A DNA stretch of 64,000 bases. It comes from Eledone cirrhosa (lineage: Eukaryota). A program made the translations under genes and the position numbers. Under the pieces are notes generated by a model. It saw only the letters and a program-made list of their open reading frames with translations, was not told the origin of the DNA and searched no databases. This document shows positions 1 to 11,855 of this stretch, one piece after another. How positions within the stretch are numbered: the first letter of the stretch is position 1; each line of letters begins with the position of its first letter. The stretch is from contig OZ024742.1 of assembly GCA_964016885.1 (NCBI GenBank), forward strand, positions 287,618,001 through 287,682,000. Reading direction: 5' to 3'.

Positions 1-160
1 AGCCTCAACAATGCAGACGGGTAAATCTCCGGGTAACAGAATCCGGTGGTGAAGAGAGAGATGTAATGGAATGTAGAATGAGATGTATAGTGTGTAGGAA
101 AGAACGTAAAAATAAAAATAATAACACGAGATAGAGTTACCTTGGGAGAGATTTAATTGT

Positions 161-196
161 CCCTATATTTCGGATTCGCATCCATCAACTAGGGGG
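161..196 (-). ncRNA. Degenerate minimal hammerhead ribozyme-like motif
   Basis: The minus strand reads CCC-CTAGTTGA-T-GGAT-GCGA-ATCC-GAAA-TATA-GGG. It has stem II with a GNRA loop, GAAA, a short palindrome and a CCC/GGG stem I, but the CUGANGA box is corrupted. Confidence 0.35.
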
Positions 197-282
197 TTTT
201 CCGGGGGGGGGGGATTTGTCGGAGAGGAACGGTACGTGCCCTCTGCTGTCCGCGACTATATATATATATATATGACCTCATC

Positions 283-1452
283 ATGTACTCTCGTTATGTA
301 GACGATATCAATATAGTTATAAGAACACCCCCACTAGAGAGCACTAACAAGTTTGATTTAGAACGTAGCACGATGGAAAGCATCCAGCAGATAGCTAATT
401 CCATACACCAGAGTATAACTGTAACTATAGACTTCCCTTCCAAACACCCTAACAATAGACTACCTGTATTAGACACAGAACTCTGGATTAACACTATAGA
501 CGAGAGAGCCCAAATTCTCCACTCACACTATGCTAAACCCATGGCCTCCAAATACCTGATACTCAAAAACTCAGCAATGTCCAGTAGTGCTAAGTTTAAT
601 ATTCTGATCGCAGATTTGGTACGAGTGATGAAGAATGTGTCCAGCATGTGCGACCCAACAGAAATGGAAGGACACATCCAACACTTCATCAACCGCATGC
701 AGTTCTCTGGCTACAACCAAAGAGACAGAGTCAGAGTATACGAAGGAGCCATGGAAAAGTATAAGACCCTCATAGAACTGGACATGAAAGGAATTTGCCC
801 ACTATACAGGAGCAAATCATGGAATAGCTTAGATAGGGCTAGACATAAGATAGGGAAGGCCACATCATGGTACGACAACCAGAGATATCAGAGTGTCATG
901 TTTGTGGACGCCACCCCTGGAGGGAAATTAGCTAACCAGTGTAGAAAGGCCCTGAGAAAGACCCACTTAAAAATAAAGGTGGTAGAAAAGCCAGGAACCA
1001 CCATAAAATCCCTGATCAGCAAAACCTACCCTTTTAAGAAAACCCACTGTACCAATAGGAAATGTATCATTTGTAAGGTGAACCCCCGGATAAACTGTAA
1101 AACTAGAAACGTAGTCTATAGCATAAGATGTACAGAAGGTACTTGCAGAAATATGACAACAACATACATAGGTGAGACAGCTCGTAGCATAGGTGAAAGG
1201 ATAGACCAACACTGGGGGGAACTAAAAGGACGAAAAAACGGGTCAGTACTATACGAACATGCTAGACAACAACATGACGGTAACATAGACAACATAGAAA
1301 TTAGAATAATATCTAAACATAGGAATGACCCAGCAGATAGGCAAATCAGAGAGGCCAGTGAAATAGAAATTAGAAGACCAAAGCTAAACAGAAAGAATGA
1401 GTGGAACAACAACAACACCCAAACAAACAACACTGACCTAAGAGAAGTATAA
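283..1452 (+). CDS. Penelope-like RT (C-terminal part) - Cys linker - GIY-YIG endonuclease; open but 5'-truncated
   Basis: Motifs seen: RYVDD catalytic motif, LPVLD, HYAKP, CxxxxCxxC linker, VVYSIRC...YIGETAR...R...H, and REA.EI....P.LN. Confidence 0.9.
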   Translation: MYSRYVDDINIVIRTPPLESTNKFDLERSTMESIQQIANSIHQSITVTIDFPSKHPNNRLPVLDTELWINTIDERAQILHSHYAKPMASKYLILKNSAMSSSAKFNILIADLVRVMKNVSSMCDPTEMEGHIQHFINRMQFSGYNQRDRVRVYEGAMEKYKTLIELDMKGICPLYRSKSWNSLDRARHKIGKATSWYDNQRYQSVMFVDATPGGKLANQCRKALRKTHLKIKVVEKPGTTIKSLISKTYPFKKTHCTNRKCIICKVNPRINCKTRNVVYSIRCTEGTCRNMTTTYIGETARSIGERIDQHWGELKGRKNGSVLYEHARQQHDGNIDNIEIRIISKHRNDPADRQIREASEIEIRRPKLNRKNEWNNNNTQTNNTDLREV

Positions 1453-1720
1453 ATAAGTAAATAAAATTAAATAAAATAAGATAAATAAATACATACACAA
1501 GCACATAAACACACACTAGTCACCCAGCAGACACAACACTATACACACTAGTCACACATCACACATAACACTATACACACACGCAAACGCATGCGCAAAG
1601 AAGACAAAATAAAATAAGATAAACAAACAAGCAAATAAATAAATAAATATATAGACAGACTGAACAAAAAAAAAAATGGCGTAGACATACAACACAACAG
1701 GAGGAACAATGAATATAACA

Positions 1721-1760
1721 CCACTGACGATGTTGCAGATGTGCAACGAAAGATTTATGT
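1721..1760 (+). ncRNA. Hammerhead ribozyme-like core in Penelope 3' region
   Basis: CCA-CTGACGA-T-GTTGCA-GATG-TGCAAC-GAAA, with a perfect 6-bp stem II. The stem III / cleavage side is degenerate. Confidence 0.55.
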
Positions 1761-1973
1761 AAATTATGTAAACTATATATATGTGTTTGTGTCTATATTG
1801 TATCTGTATTATTTTTGACCGCCGGTCAGTCAATGGCAACATTGAGGACCGAGTAAGTTAGATCGCAGATATATATATATAAAAGACAGCGAGAAGCGAA
1901 AACCAACCAAACAGTGAGTGTGTTCTGTTATTAATTCTGGCAATATTACGCAAATATGACCCTCCCCAAATAT

Positions 1974-1978
<5 letters not shown>

Positions 1979-2037
<59 letters not shown>

Positions 2038-2136
2038 GTATATATATGTATATATATATGTGTGTGTGTATATATATATGTATATATATATATGTATATA
2101 TATGTATATATATATGTGTGTGTGTATATATATATG

Positions 2137-2167
<31 letters not shown>

Positions 2168-2178
2168 GTATATATGTA

Positions 2179-2218
<40 letters not shown>

Positions 2219-2238
2219 ATATATGTATATATATATAT
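1979..2238. repeat. (TA)n / (TATATG)n microsatellite
   Basis: Direct reading. Many similar tracts occur through 1-31 kb. Confidence 0.95.
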
Positions 2239-2375
2239 GGAATTAGAATGTAGAAAAGTAACACACGAGTTGATATATATAAACAAATAGTAAAAAGGAA
2301 AAATTTCAGTAGAAATGCTGGAGGGATTTTTCAGTATAATATGAAAACATTTATTTATAAAGTGTGTATTCCCGC

Positions 2376-2525
2376 ATTTAATAGTGGTACCAGTTTCAGC
2401 ATTGTATGCTTTTTCAAGGGCGGATGTGCATTGTGCAGATATGTTGCATATTTAGTAATAAAAAGGGGAAGAAAAATTATTAGTTTTTACATACATATTT
2501 AGAGAGGAGTGTTCATATCTCTGTC
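2376..2525 (-). repeat. Left arm of a diverged inverted repeat (partner 5316-5544)
   Basis: AAAAAGGGGAAGAAAAATTATTAGTTTTTACATACATATTTAGAGAGGAG is the reverse complement of the sequence at ~5333-5382. Both arms contain TTGAAAA-stem-GAAAC. Confidence 0.8.
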
Positions 2526-2527
2526 GG

Positions 2528-5009
2528 AGGTAGTCCTTCGTTCTCTGTTAGTTGGCTACCAAACGTGCCTAAGGACGCCACACACCCCGCTCTCGGGTGC
2601 CCCCAATCCTCCACCCTTGAGGCCAGCGCCAAGCGTTTGCGTGACCGCGTAAACGCTAAATTAATCATGGGTGATGTCTCGGCCGCAGTCAGAGTGGTTG
2701 CCTCAGAGGACACTGTCCCCCAACCCACTGAGGAGGTCATGGCTGCCCTGTGACTCAAGCACCCTGAGCCACCCGCTGACCTCAGACCCATAGACATACC
2801 CGATCCCCACTTGCTCCTTGTGGCTTCCGACGCAGACATCATGTCCGCCATCAAGTCCTTCCCAGCTAGCAGCAGTCGAGGTGCTGATGGTCTCCGACCA
2901 GGCCACCTCAAATAGTTGCTATCCCCCCTCTCCGATGAGGCCGGGCGCCGCCTTCTGAGTGCAATTATGGCACTCACCAATAGGCTTATCCATGGTGCCC
3001 TGGACCCTCACGCCCGAGGCCTCTTTTTTTCGGCTAGCCTGACCACTCTGAGGAAGAAAGAGAGTGGCATATGCCCCATCGCAGTGGGCAATGTCTTCCG
3101 GAGGCTGGCTGCCAAGGTGGTCTGTAGGTCCATAACATCTGAACTGGGTGAAGAGTTCAGTCCGGTGCAACTGAGTGTCGGCGTGTCCTGTGGCTGTGAG
3201 GGGGCCGCACATGCAACCAGGCAGTTCTTCAACAGCTGCCCACCGGAACCGGCATCCAGGGACTCTAGGCACCTCATTGTCAAGCTTGACTTGAGGAATG
3301 CCTTTAACTGCATACGCCGGGACCATCTGCTCGATACCTGCATCAGCCGAGTCCCCTCTTCCTACACGCTGGCCTACTTGTCGTATGGAGCCCCGAGCAT
3401 GGTCCTTGCTGCTGATACGGTCATACTTTCGGCCACTGGGGTCCAACAGGGCGACCCTTTGGGGCCCCTCCTGTTTGCCCTTGGTATAGACCACATTGCC
3501 CGGAGTATCACGACCCCTCTCAACGTTTGGTATCTGGATGATGCTATGTTGGGCGGGCCCGTAGAGACTGTCTGCATGACCTACAATCGATGGTTCCTGC
3601 CCTGGCGGTAATCGGCCTCCAAGTCAACTCGTCCAAGTCGGAGGTGGTAAATGTCAGCCACGATGCTGACAGCTTTGCAGCATCCGTCTCGGATGTGCGG
3701 TCCATTCTCCACCAGGTACATGTGACCCCTAAAGAGGATGTCCTCATCCCCGGGTCACCGATCTACCCGCCGTCCATCCATTCCACCATCAGTTCCAGGC
3801 TCCAACAACTCCAGACCCTCACGAGCCGACTGGACTTGATCGACGGCCACCGAAGCTCTCTATACCCTTCGCAGCGCTCCGTGCTACACCCACGCATCTC
3901 TCTTCGCTGACCTCGATACTTGTATCCGAGCAGCAGCCGAGGAGATATGCAACATCAGGTTTGACGACATTGGATGGCAATAGGACACTTTACCTTAAAG
4001 GTATGGCGGCCTTGGCCTCCGGTCCCCGATCTCACTCGCTTTGCGGGCGTTTCTTTCGTCGGTAACCTCATGCCGCGTCCTCGTCAGCAGGGTTCTCCAA
4101 AACACAATGGAACCCTCTGGGATCAAGGAACGTGAGGCCGCCTATAAGACGTGGGACCGGCTGGGACTTAGTCCATTAGACGTCCCTCCTGCTTCTTCCC
4201 TTGCTGACGCCAAGTCCTCCCAAAGCATCTGGGATGCTATCCAGTGCAGCCTGGCTTCAGACAGGCTCACGCGCCAGCTCAACCAGCACCGCCTTGCCTG
4301 TTTTCGTGCGGCCTCCAAACCCCACAGTGGTGCCTGGTTCTATGTCTTGCCCTCTTTCTCCACTGGCACACAGCTGGATAACAATAGCCCGCGCGTCGGC
4401 ATTTCCTTGAGGCTTGGCTTCCGGATCTGCGAGCCACACCAATGACGCTGTGGATCCACCGTAGACTATTTCGGCCTCCACCCGCTTTCCTGTCGCCACA
4501 GTGCCGCCCGCCTTCCACGCCATGCTGCCCTCAACGAGGTCATAAAGCATGGCTTGGGCGCTGCAGGCTTCCCTACCCAGCTCGAGCCGGTGAGCCGGTG
4601 GGGCTGGACCGGGGGGACGGCAAAAGGTCAGATGGCATGACGTTCTTCCCGTTCCGCGATGGTAACCTCTCGTCTGGGATGTCACTTGCACCGACACTTT
4701 CTCCAGCCGCAACTTGGTGCAGCCTGCGACTAACCCAGGTTCTGCTGCACGTCGGGCTGAGGAGGCCAAACCCTTCAAATACCGTCGTTCTCCGACAGGT
4801 TTGCGGTTGTACTCTTCGCAGTGGAGACTTCTGGTGTCCTCAGCCCTAGGGCTACCTTCGTACTCACCACCATAGGCGCTGAGCTGGCCAGTCGCAGGTG
4901 TGAGTCACGCGAGCTGGGATGGCTTTTCCAGCGCGTTTCCCTTGCTCGTCTCCGGGGAAATGCCTTCTCCATTCTGTCTGCCGGGGCTGTGGGGAGGCCA
5001 CCAATATGA
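2528..5009 (+). mobile_element. CRE-type non-LTR retrotransposon (RT + Zn knuckle + restriction-like endonuclease), 5'-truncated and frameshifted
   Basis: Motifs across frames: GADGLRPGHLK, KKESGICPIAVGNVFRRL, KLDLRNAFN, GVQQGDPLGPLLF, WYLDD, GGLGL, SGAW, HPLSC/RH, DGKRSDG, VWDVT, ETSG, FQRVSLARLRGNA. It contains stops and frameshifts and is much more GC-rich than its flanks. Confidence 0.88.
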
Positions 5010-5315
5010 TTGACTGACTTGTCATTTTGTTTTCCTGTTGTGTTTCTTAAAGCCAGTTCACAGAGGAGGTAGTAGTTTTAAATATTTTTGGTTCTGACTG
5101 CTGGTTTTGACTGGTAGTAGGTGGGGGAGAGGGGAGGAGAGGGAGAAGTTGTGAAGGGGGAGAAGAATAAGGAGACATGGCATAAGTGTGGTAGCAATCC
5201 GTTGTGGTGAAATGGCTACAAAGACGAGCTGGACGTGAGTTGAATGGTTGAATGACTTTAGAGTTGACCGGGGAAGTAATGGTTTCCAAAAATATCTATC
5301 TTGGTATTCCTGTCT

Positions 5316-5544
5316 GACAGAGATAGGAAACTCTCCTCTCTAAATATGTATGTAAAAACTAATAATTTTTCTTCCCCTTTTTATTATTCGTATAATTATG
5401 CAACTTAACTGCACTATGCACATATAACTTAACTGCACTATGCACATCCGCCGTATATATATATATATATATATAGCTTAACTGCACTATGCACATCCGC
5501 CGTTGAAAATGCATATAATGCCGAAACCAATACCACTATTAAAT
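5316..5544 (+). repeat. Right arm of inverted repeat (partner 2376-2525), with internal duplications and a (TA)n tract
   Basis: Reverse-complement match to the left arm. CTTAACTGCACTATGCACAT occurs three times. Confidence 0.8.
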
Positions 5545-5556
5545 ATATATATATAT

Positions 5557-5768
5557 ATAGGAACGAGTAGGACCCCGACGGCTGAGCTCAAGCCGTATCG
5601 ACGGCTAATTCTGGACTCAGAATTAGCTGTCCAGAATTAGCCGTCGAAACAGCTTGAGCTCAGCCGTCGGGGTCCTACTCGTTCCTATTACCCACTCTAC
5701 TACCCTAAGTACTGAGTACTTTGGTGCGTTATGCTTCACTTGGTTCCTTACCACATTTCCTTCGTTAC
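5557..5768 (+). mobile_element. Hairpin+tail short element, copy A (Penelope-derived, non-autonomous)
   Basis: ~50-bp inverted arms GACCCCGACGGCTGAGCTCAAGCCGT...GAGCTCAGCCGTCGGGGTC followed by a unique tail TACCCACTCTACTACC...CCTTCGTTA. Preceded by (TA)n. Confidence 0.8.
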
Positions 5769-5995
5769 ATATATCAGGATGGATTCAGTTTGAAACTGGT
5801 TTGGTCCTTACTCAACAGACAGAGTTGTCCCAAAATTTTGGGGGGTTTTTTCAGACGTTTCTTGTGAAAAGTCGACGCTCGTATTTTACAGGACAATAGA
5901 TCAAGATTTGTAGAACAAGGTTTTATCTTGAATATAAATGTTACGTTGAAGAAATTAATTTTACTACGTTATGTCGTTAAGAATATTTATGAGTT

Positions 5996-6196
5996 AGGCG
6001 GCTTTATTTATATGTTTCTGGTAGAACTAAGTGTGTTTTGATCCACAGAAACATTGGTATTATTTCTGAGTTCAAATCCTGCCGATGTCAACTTTGTCTT
6101 TGATCCTTCTACGGATCGATAAAATAAAGTACCAATAAAGTATAAACGACTTTCCCTTCCCTCCCAAATTGATAGCCTTGTGCCTAAATTAGAAAT
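5996..6196 (+). mobile_element. Degenerate tRNA-derived SINE (same family as 6799-7170)
   Basis: B box GAGTTCAAATCC, central GATCGATAAAATAAAGTACCA and 3' GCCTTGTGCCTAAATTAGAAA. Confidence 0.65.
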
Positions 6197-6597
6197 TTTT
6201 ACTGTAATTCATTGTTATATTTTTACTCATTTAAATTCCATTTGGGGTTCTGCTTTGTCAAAACCTCTTATGTCCTCGATCCCAGAATTGCTTTTTTCCT
6301 CAGGAAAATTAGGAGGAATCCATCCCGCCAGTGAAAGGAACTCCATGAGGTGGAGTTGTTGATGTAGCAGGTGCCACTGGCAATGCCTTCGCCATATTTT
6401 TTATCATGGGGAACAGTTGATTGTACACCCCACATTGACTGGAGTGTAAAATCTGTAGCTCCCTCAGCCCTAAGCCCATTTTTTTTCATTATTTAATTGA
6501 TTTCTTTTTCTTTTCTCTTTTTTATTGCAAACATAAAATCCAATTGAAATTTCTTTAATTAAACGAAAGGGCTTCATATAATTTGAGATCCTTGAAA

Positions 6598-6725
6598 ATG
6601 CGTTGAAATGTCCGAGACCCCCAGCAGACAACTGAAGAGACAACAACATGTCCCTTGTTTGTGCTCTCCTTTTATTTCTAAATACACTTTATCAAGTAAC
6701 CACACAGCCCCTTGTTCCTTCTAAA
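6598..6725 (+). repeat. Direct repeat, copy 1 (copy 2 at 7624-7750)
   Basis: ATGTCCGAGACCCCCAGCAG...CCTTTTATTTCTAAATACACTTTATCAAGTAAC...CCTTGTTCCTTCT is shared by both copies. Confidence 0.75.
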
Positions 6726-6798
6726 TTTTTATTACTTTTTTGCTGTGACCTGTTCTTTCTTTCTCTCCATCTCCCTTCTTGTTATTATTAACTCTTTC

Positions 6799-7170
6799 GG
6801 TGGTTTGGCAGAATCGGTAGAGCGTCAAACACCATGCTTTGCAGCATAGTTATGGCCCTTTGCGTTCTCAGTTCAAATCCACCGAGGTTAACTTTGCCTT
6901 TCATCCTTAGGAGGTCGATAAAATAAAGTACCAGAGGTGCACTGGGGTAATCGCTGGCCTTGTGCCAAAAAGTAGAAACTCAAGGGCGGTGGATTGGCAG
7001 TATCGGTAGAGGCTCCGACGCCATGCTTTGACGTATAGAGTTACGGCCCTTGCCATTCTGAGTTCAAATCCCGCCGAGGTTATCTTTGCCTTTCATCCTT
7101 ATGGGGTCGATAAAATAAAGTACCAGTAATACACTGAATAATTGCTGGCCTTGTGCCAAAACTAGAAACA
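6799..7170 (+). mobile_element. Head-to-tail dimer of a tRNA-derived SINE with a 15-bp target-site duplication
   Basis: Two units, each with an A box (TGGCAGAATCGG/TGGCAGTATCGG), a B box (GTTCAAATCC) and the central CTTTGCCTTTCATCC..GGTCGATAAAATAAAGTACCAG. ATTATTAACTCTTTC lies at 6784-6798 and 7171-7185. Confidence 0.85.
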
Positions 7171-7384
7171 ATTATTAACTCTTTCCCTTTCTTTCATTCC
7201 CTTTCTTCACCCCTCTCCCTCTCCCATTCACTTATGCTCTCTTTTTCTCTGCTCCCTTACTGCTTCCATTTTCTCTCGTCTCTGGCTCTTTTCATCTACT
7301 CCCACCGAGGTTAGACTTGTTTTTCTTCGCTCCCCCTATCATGCTGTCAATTACACCTCGGACTTATGTCCAGCCGCCGGTTTG

Positions 7385-7386
<2 letters not shown>

Positions 7387-7449
<63 letters not shown>
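7387..7449. repeat. (CT)n microsatellite
   Basis: Direct reading. Confidence 0.95.
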
Positions 7450-7452
<3 letters not shown>

Positions 7453-7623
7453 TACTCACATACATGTGCTTCTCTTCGTGTTCTGCCCCTTTATCGGTAT
7501 ATTTTCTGCGCCTTTTTTTTTTTTGTTTCCCTTCTGCTCAATTTATTCTTTCTCTCTGCTTTTTCCCTTTCCCAATAACTTACAAAGGTTGTTGACGCAC
7601 TGGGGATAGACATATTGTCTTTA

Positions 7624-7946
<323 letters not shown>

Positions 7947-8006
7947 TCATCATCATCATCAGTTAACGTCTATTTATATATATATGTGTAAAGATAAAAC
8001 GGTGAT

Positions 8007-8190
8007 GTTTCGTTTATATATTTCTTATTGATTATCGACCTGTCACGAACTATTCAGAGATGATTGGCTCAAGGTCATCTATGGAAGCTATGGACTCGAC
8101 TCCAGCACCGATCTGCTCATCAGACTTACTGATTCAGCAAAAAACGGAGTATGTAACAGGTCGATAATCAATTCAAAATATGTAACGAAA
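8007..8190. repeat. Short element with ~40-bp imperfect terminal inverted repeats
   Basis: GTTTCGTT...ATTGATTATCGACCTGT pairs with ACAGGTCGATAATCAAT...AACGAAAC. Confidence 0.6.
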
Positions 8191-8195
8191 CTATG

Positions 8196-8230
<35 letters not shown>

Positions 8231-8236
8231 GTATGC

Positions 8237-8316
<80 letters not shown>

Positions 8317-8539
8317 AGGTTATTGAGTAAAAGTGCAGATTGCTGGGGGGGGGGGGGTTGCTGGATCAACATGCTTGATGAGCAGATCGATGCTGGAGTC
8401 ATGTCTAAAACAATTATAATTGCATTGAGCCAAACATTTGTGAAACGTGCGTCGGTAATCAATAAAACCCTTCGTATTAAACTTAATACATTCATAAATA
8501 CATACACACATCATATGAAATACATACATCCTATATGTG

Positions 8540-8593
<54 letters not shown>

Positions 8594-8876
8594 TGTTTGA
8601 ACTTTTGAACTATATATATATGTTAAGTGTGGCAGAAACTCGAGTTCAGTACCCGTTTACGTGTGTTGTATTGAAGCGAATAACTATGTGTATACTCTGG
8701 GTGTGTATTTTACATTACCTATTGAGTACGCTGAGATGAAACCGGTCATAGCAGTGATACTTATGCTGGGTCCGTCAACTTCTTATTATATATATATCAC
8801 CACCCCACTCTCAAGAGCGTGAAATTAATAAACATTCGTTGTAGTGCCTCTCTGTTTTGTTCCTGTTCAATTTTTC

Positions 8877-8945
<69 letters not shown>

Positions 8946-9078
8946 ATATATATATATATAAAGCAACTGGTGCGTGTGTTTCTTATTGGCAACATGACAC
9001 TCCCAAAGTATAACAATATCGGTTTCAACACACGTTTTCAGATAAAGAATCTTGCTAAACAAATTCAGAAACGAAATA

Positions 9079-9136
<58 letters not shown>

Positions 9137-9284
9137 AGTATAAGTATATGTTGGTTGTTTACCGACACCTCAGTATGCAGATTGGAGCACTCGACGAAAG
9201 CCGCAGGCTGGTTTATTTACTCCGGAGTAATGTAAAATAAGAAAGTCAAACATGTAAAATTTGGCCTCGTTTATTATAAATTCT

Positions 9285-9337
9285 CTGCTATATATATTTC
9301 GGTGACAGTTGTTAATGGCTGTGACCTCTTCAGGCAG
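9285..9337 (-). ncRNA. Minimal type I hammerhead ribozyme
   Basis: Inverted copy of 9620-9672. Confidence 0.75.
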
Positions 9338-9619
9338 TCCGAATTAGTGTGGAAAAGGCAGGTAGACATGTTGAAGTGTGTTCCACTCTGTCAATACATC
9401 GATATGTCCAACTCCTGGGTATGTTGTTAGTCGTCCGAGGAACTGGAATCATATGTTATATATGATTCCAGTTCCTCGGACGACTAACAACACACCCAGG
9501 AGATATGATTCCAGTTCCTCGGACGACTAACAACACACCCAGGAGTTGGACATATCGATGTATTGACAGAGTGGAACACACTTCAACATGTCTACCTGCC
9601 TTTTCCACACTAATTCGGA

Positions 9620-9672
9620 CTGCCTGAAGAGGTCACAGTCATTAACAACTGTCACCGAAATATATATAGCAG
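9620..9672 (+). ncRNA. Minimal type I hammerhead ribozyme
   Basis: CTGC-CTGAAGA-GGTCACAG..CTGTCACC-GAAA-T-ATAT-A-TA-GCAG. Stem I is CTGC/GCAG, the core is intact, the stem III loop is palindromic, and the cleavage triplet is AUA. Confidence 0.78.
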
Positions 9673-9722
9673 AGAATTTATAATAAACGAGGCCAAATTT
9701 TACATGTTTGACATTCTTATTT

Positions 9723-9866
<144 letters not shown>

Positions 9867-9936
9867 CATGAAAGCAGGAACGAATTTAAGTTTATACCAT
9901 AAATGAACTTTATTGCATATGACAATTGTTTCAATA

Positions 9937-10006
9937 TCGATCAGCTGAGGGTTCGATCATAATCTTTGGGGTCAGAAGATTATGATCGAACCCTAAGCTG
10001 ATCGAT
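9937..10006. repeat. Short palindrome (~30-bp arms)
   Basis: ATCGATCAGCTGAGGGTTCGATCATAATCTT pairs with AAGATTATGATCGAACCCTAAGCTGATCGAT. Confidence 0.85.
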
Positions 10007-10139
10007 CCTGCTTCCTTGTATTTACACTCTGCACGTTACAGCTGCCTTAGTCCCGGAGTACACTGAAGTATAAATACACGCACACATACACACACTCACA
10101 CACACACACACACACATACATATATGTATATATATATAT

Positions 10140-10460
10140 ATATGTATATACAAATTATAACGACATACACATATAGCGTGTTATATGTGTATATGTATGG
10201 TTGATCTTTATTTTATTGTAGATGCACACACCAGTATCAAACACAAACATAGTATCATTCTCTACACACATGTGTACATCTGCCAAATATAACGTGTTTG
10301 TATGATTGTCGTTATATTTGGCAGATGTACACATGTGTGTAGAGAATGATACTATGTTTGTGTTTGATACTGGTGTGTGCATCTACAATAAAATAAAGAT
10401 CAACCATACATATACACATATAACATGCTATATGTGTATGTCGTTATAATTTGTATATAC

Positions 10461-10462
<2 letters not shown>
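10140..10462. repeat. Near-perfect palindrome (~150-bp arms, ~15-nt loop) in (TA)n
   Basis: ...GTACATCTGCCAAATATAACG-loop-CGTTATATTTGGCAGATGTAC... Confidence 0.9.
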
Positions 10463-10539
<77 letters not shown>

Positions 10540-10576
10540 ATATTAATAAATGGAAACTATATTTATAAAACCATAC

Positions 10577-10647
<71 letters not shown>

Positions 10648-10789
10648 TAATAAATGGAAACTATATTTATAAAACCATATTTATTTTATTATACATATTT
10701 CAAGGGCAACCAAGGCAAATTATGGTGCGCTTTCATCAGATAAAATACAGATTTGTTTTATAAATAAATATTGACATACCCGGAAAAAG

Positions 10790-10851
10790 ACAGCCTTAAT
10801 AGTTGGAGCTTCATGGATAGCTATCCAGGAAGCTCCAACTATTAAGGTTGT
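10790..10851. repeat. Short palindrome
   Basis: CCTTAATAGTTGGAGCTTCATGGATAG|CTATCCAGGAAGCTCCAACTATTAAGG. Confidence 0.85.
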
Positions 10852-10924
10852 TTATCTTGAGTGCTTTATATCAGTTATAAAAAATGTCAAGCTTGTTGAA
10901 TCCCAACAAATTAAATATAACCTC

Positions 10925-10982
<58 letters not shown>

Positions 10983-11058
10983 ATATACGTGTACAGACAT
11001 GTATACTAGTATACTAACATATTAAACACTTTGACAAACATACCAAATATATCAACAT

Positions 11059-11111
<53 letters not shown>

Positions 11112-11384
11112 ATAACTCAACAAACATCTTTCAAATAGATTAACGCAAACAAGCACACACACATACACACAGACACACACAGACATACTGACATAAACAC
11201 ATACAGACACACACATACTATGAATCTAAACATACACACCAGCTAAGCATATAGTAATCATACATTAACATCAATTCGATCTCGCTTACACTCATGCATA
11301 CATATATATATATATATATATACTTACATACAGAGACTCACAAACACACAAACACATTACTGTTTTACTTGCTGGCGTGTGAGC

Positions 11385-11530
11385 TTTATCCGGAAACCAG
11401 ACAACACGCCATTGGCCAATTCCCTTCAACTACCCCCTCTTCCTCCTCCGCCTTGCTATCAATTTGCCTTGTGTTGTTTGGTTTAACTTCCGGGTTCGAG
11501 AAACGCGTCAGGAAATCAGTAGCTTCGACT
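11385..11530. promoter_or_regulatory. Possible Pol II promoter-like patch
   Basis: Non-repetitive, CpG-containing stretch with CCGGAA, ATTGGCCAAT (two opposed CCAAT boxes) and ACTTCCGG. No downstream exon was identified. Confidence 0.2.
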
Positions 11531-11760
11531 TTCCTTTTGTTGTCTTTTTTTTTCTTTCTTTCTTTGATTCTCTCTTTCTCTCTCTTTCATTTTTCCTTTC
11601 CCTCTTTCTCTCTCTGGAATGTCTTTTTTCTTTTTCTTTTCTTTCTAATATATTTGTTGTTTTTCTCTTTCTTTCTCGTTCTAATTTTTTTCGTTTCGCT
11701 GTTTTTTTTTTTTATTAAAAAAAAAATCTATTACTTATCTCTAACGTTCTTTTCATTCTT

Positions 11761-11761
<1 letters not shown>

Positions 11762-11854
<93 letters not shown>

Positions 11855-11855
11855 A
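11762..11855. repeat. (CTA)n(CTG)n trinucleotide repeat
   Basis: Direct reading. Confidence 0.95.

Larger units (their letters stand above)
273..1979 (+). mobile_element. Penelope-like retroelement (Neptune-like), 5'-truncated copy 1, between (TA)n tracts
   Basis: It carries an RT C-terminus + GIY-YIG ORF, an A-rich 3' region with a hammerhead-like core, and the terminal motif CCCAAATATAACAAT. It is closely similar to 19500-21131. Confidence 0.9.

Noticed and set aside
2513-4972. Minus-strand ORFs over the CRE element
   Set aside because: These are shadow ORFs of GC-rich coding sequence with no motifs.
6799-7170. tRNA genes suggested by A/B boxes (also 17760, 32236)
   Set aside because: No cloverleaf or acceptor stem. 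They continue into SINE body sequence, and two have TSDs.
8095-8130. CTGATGAG on the minus strand as a hammerhead core
   Set aside because: No GAAA closes a stem II at a suitable distance.
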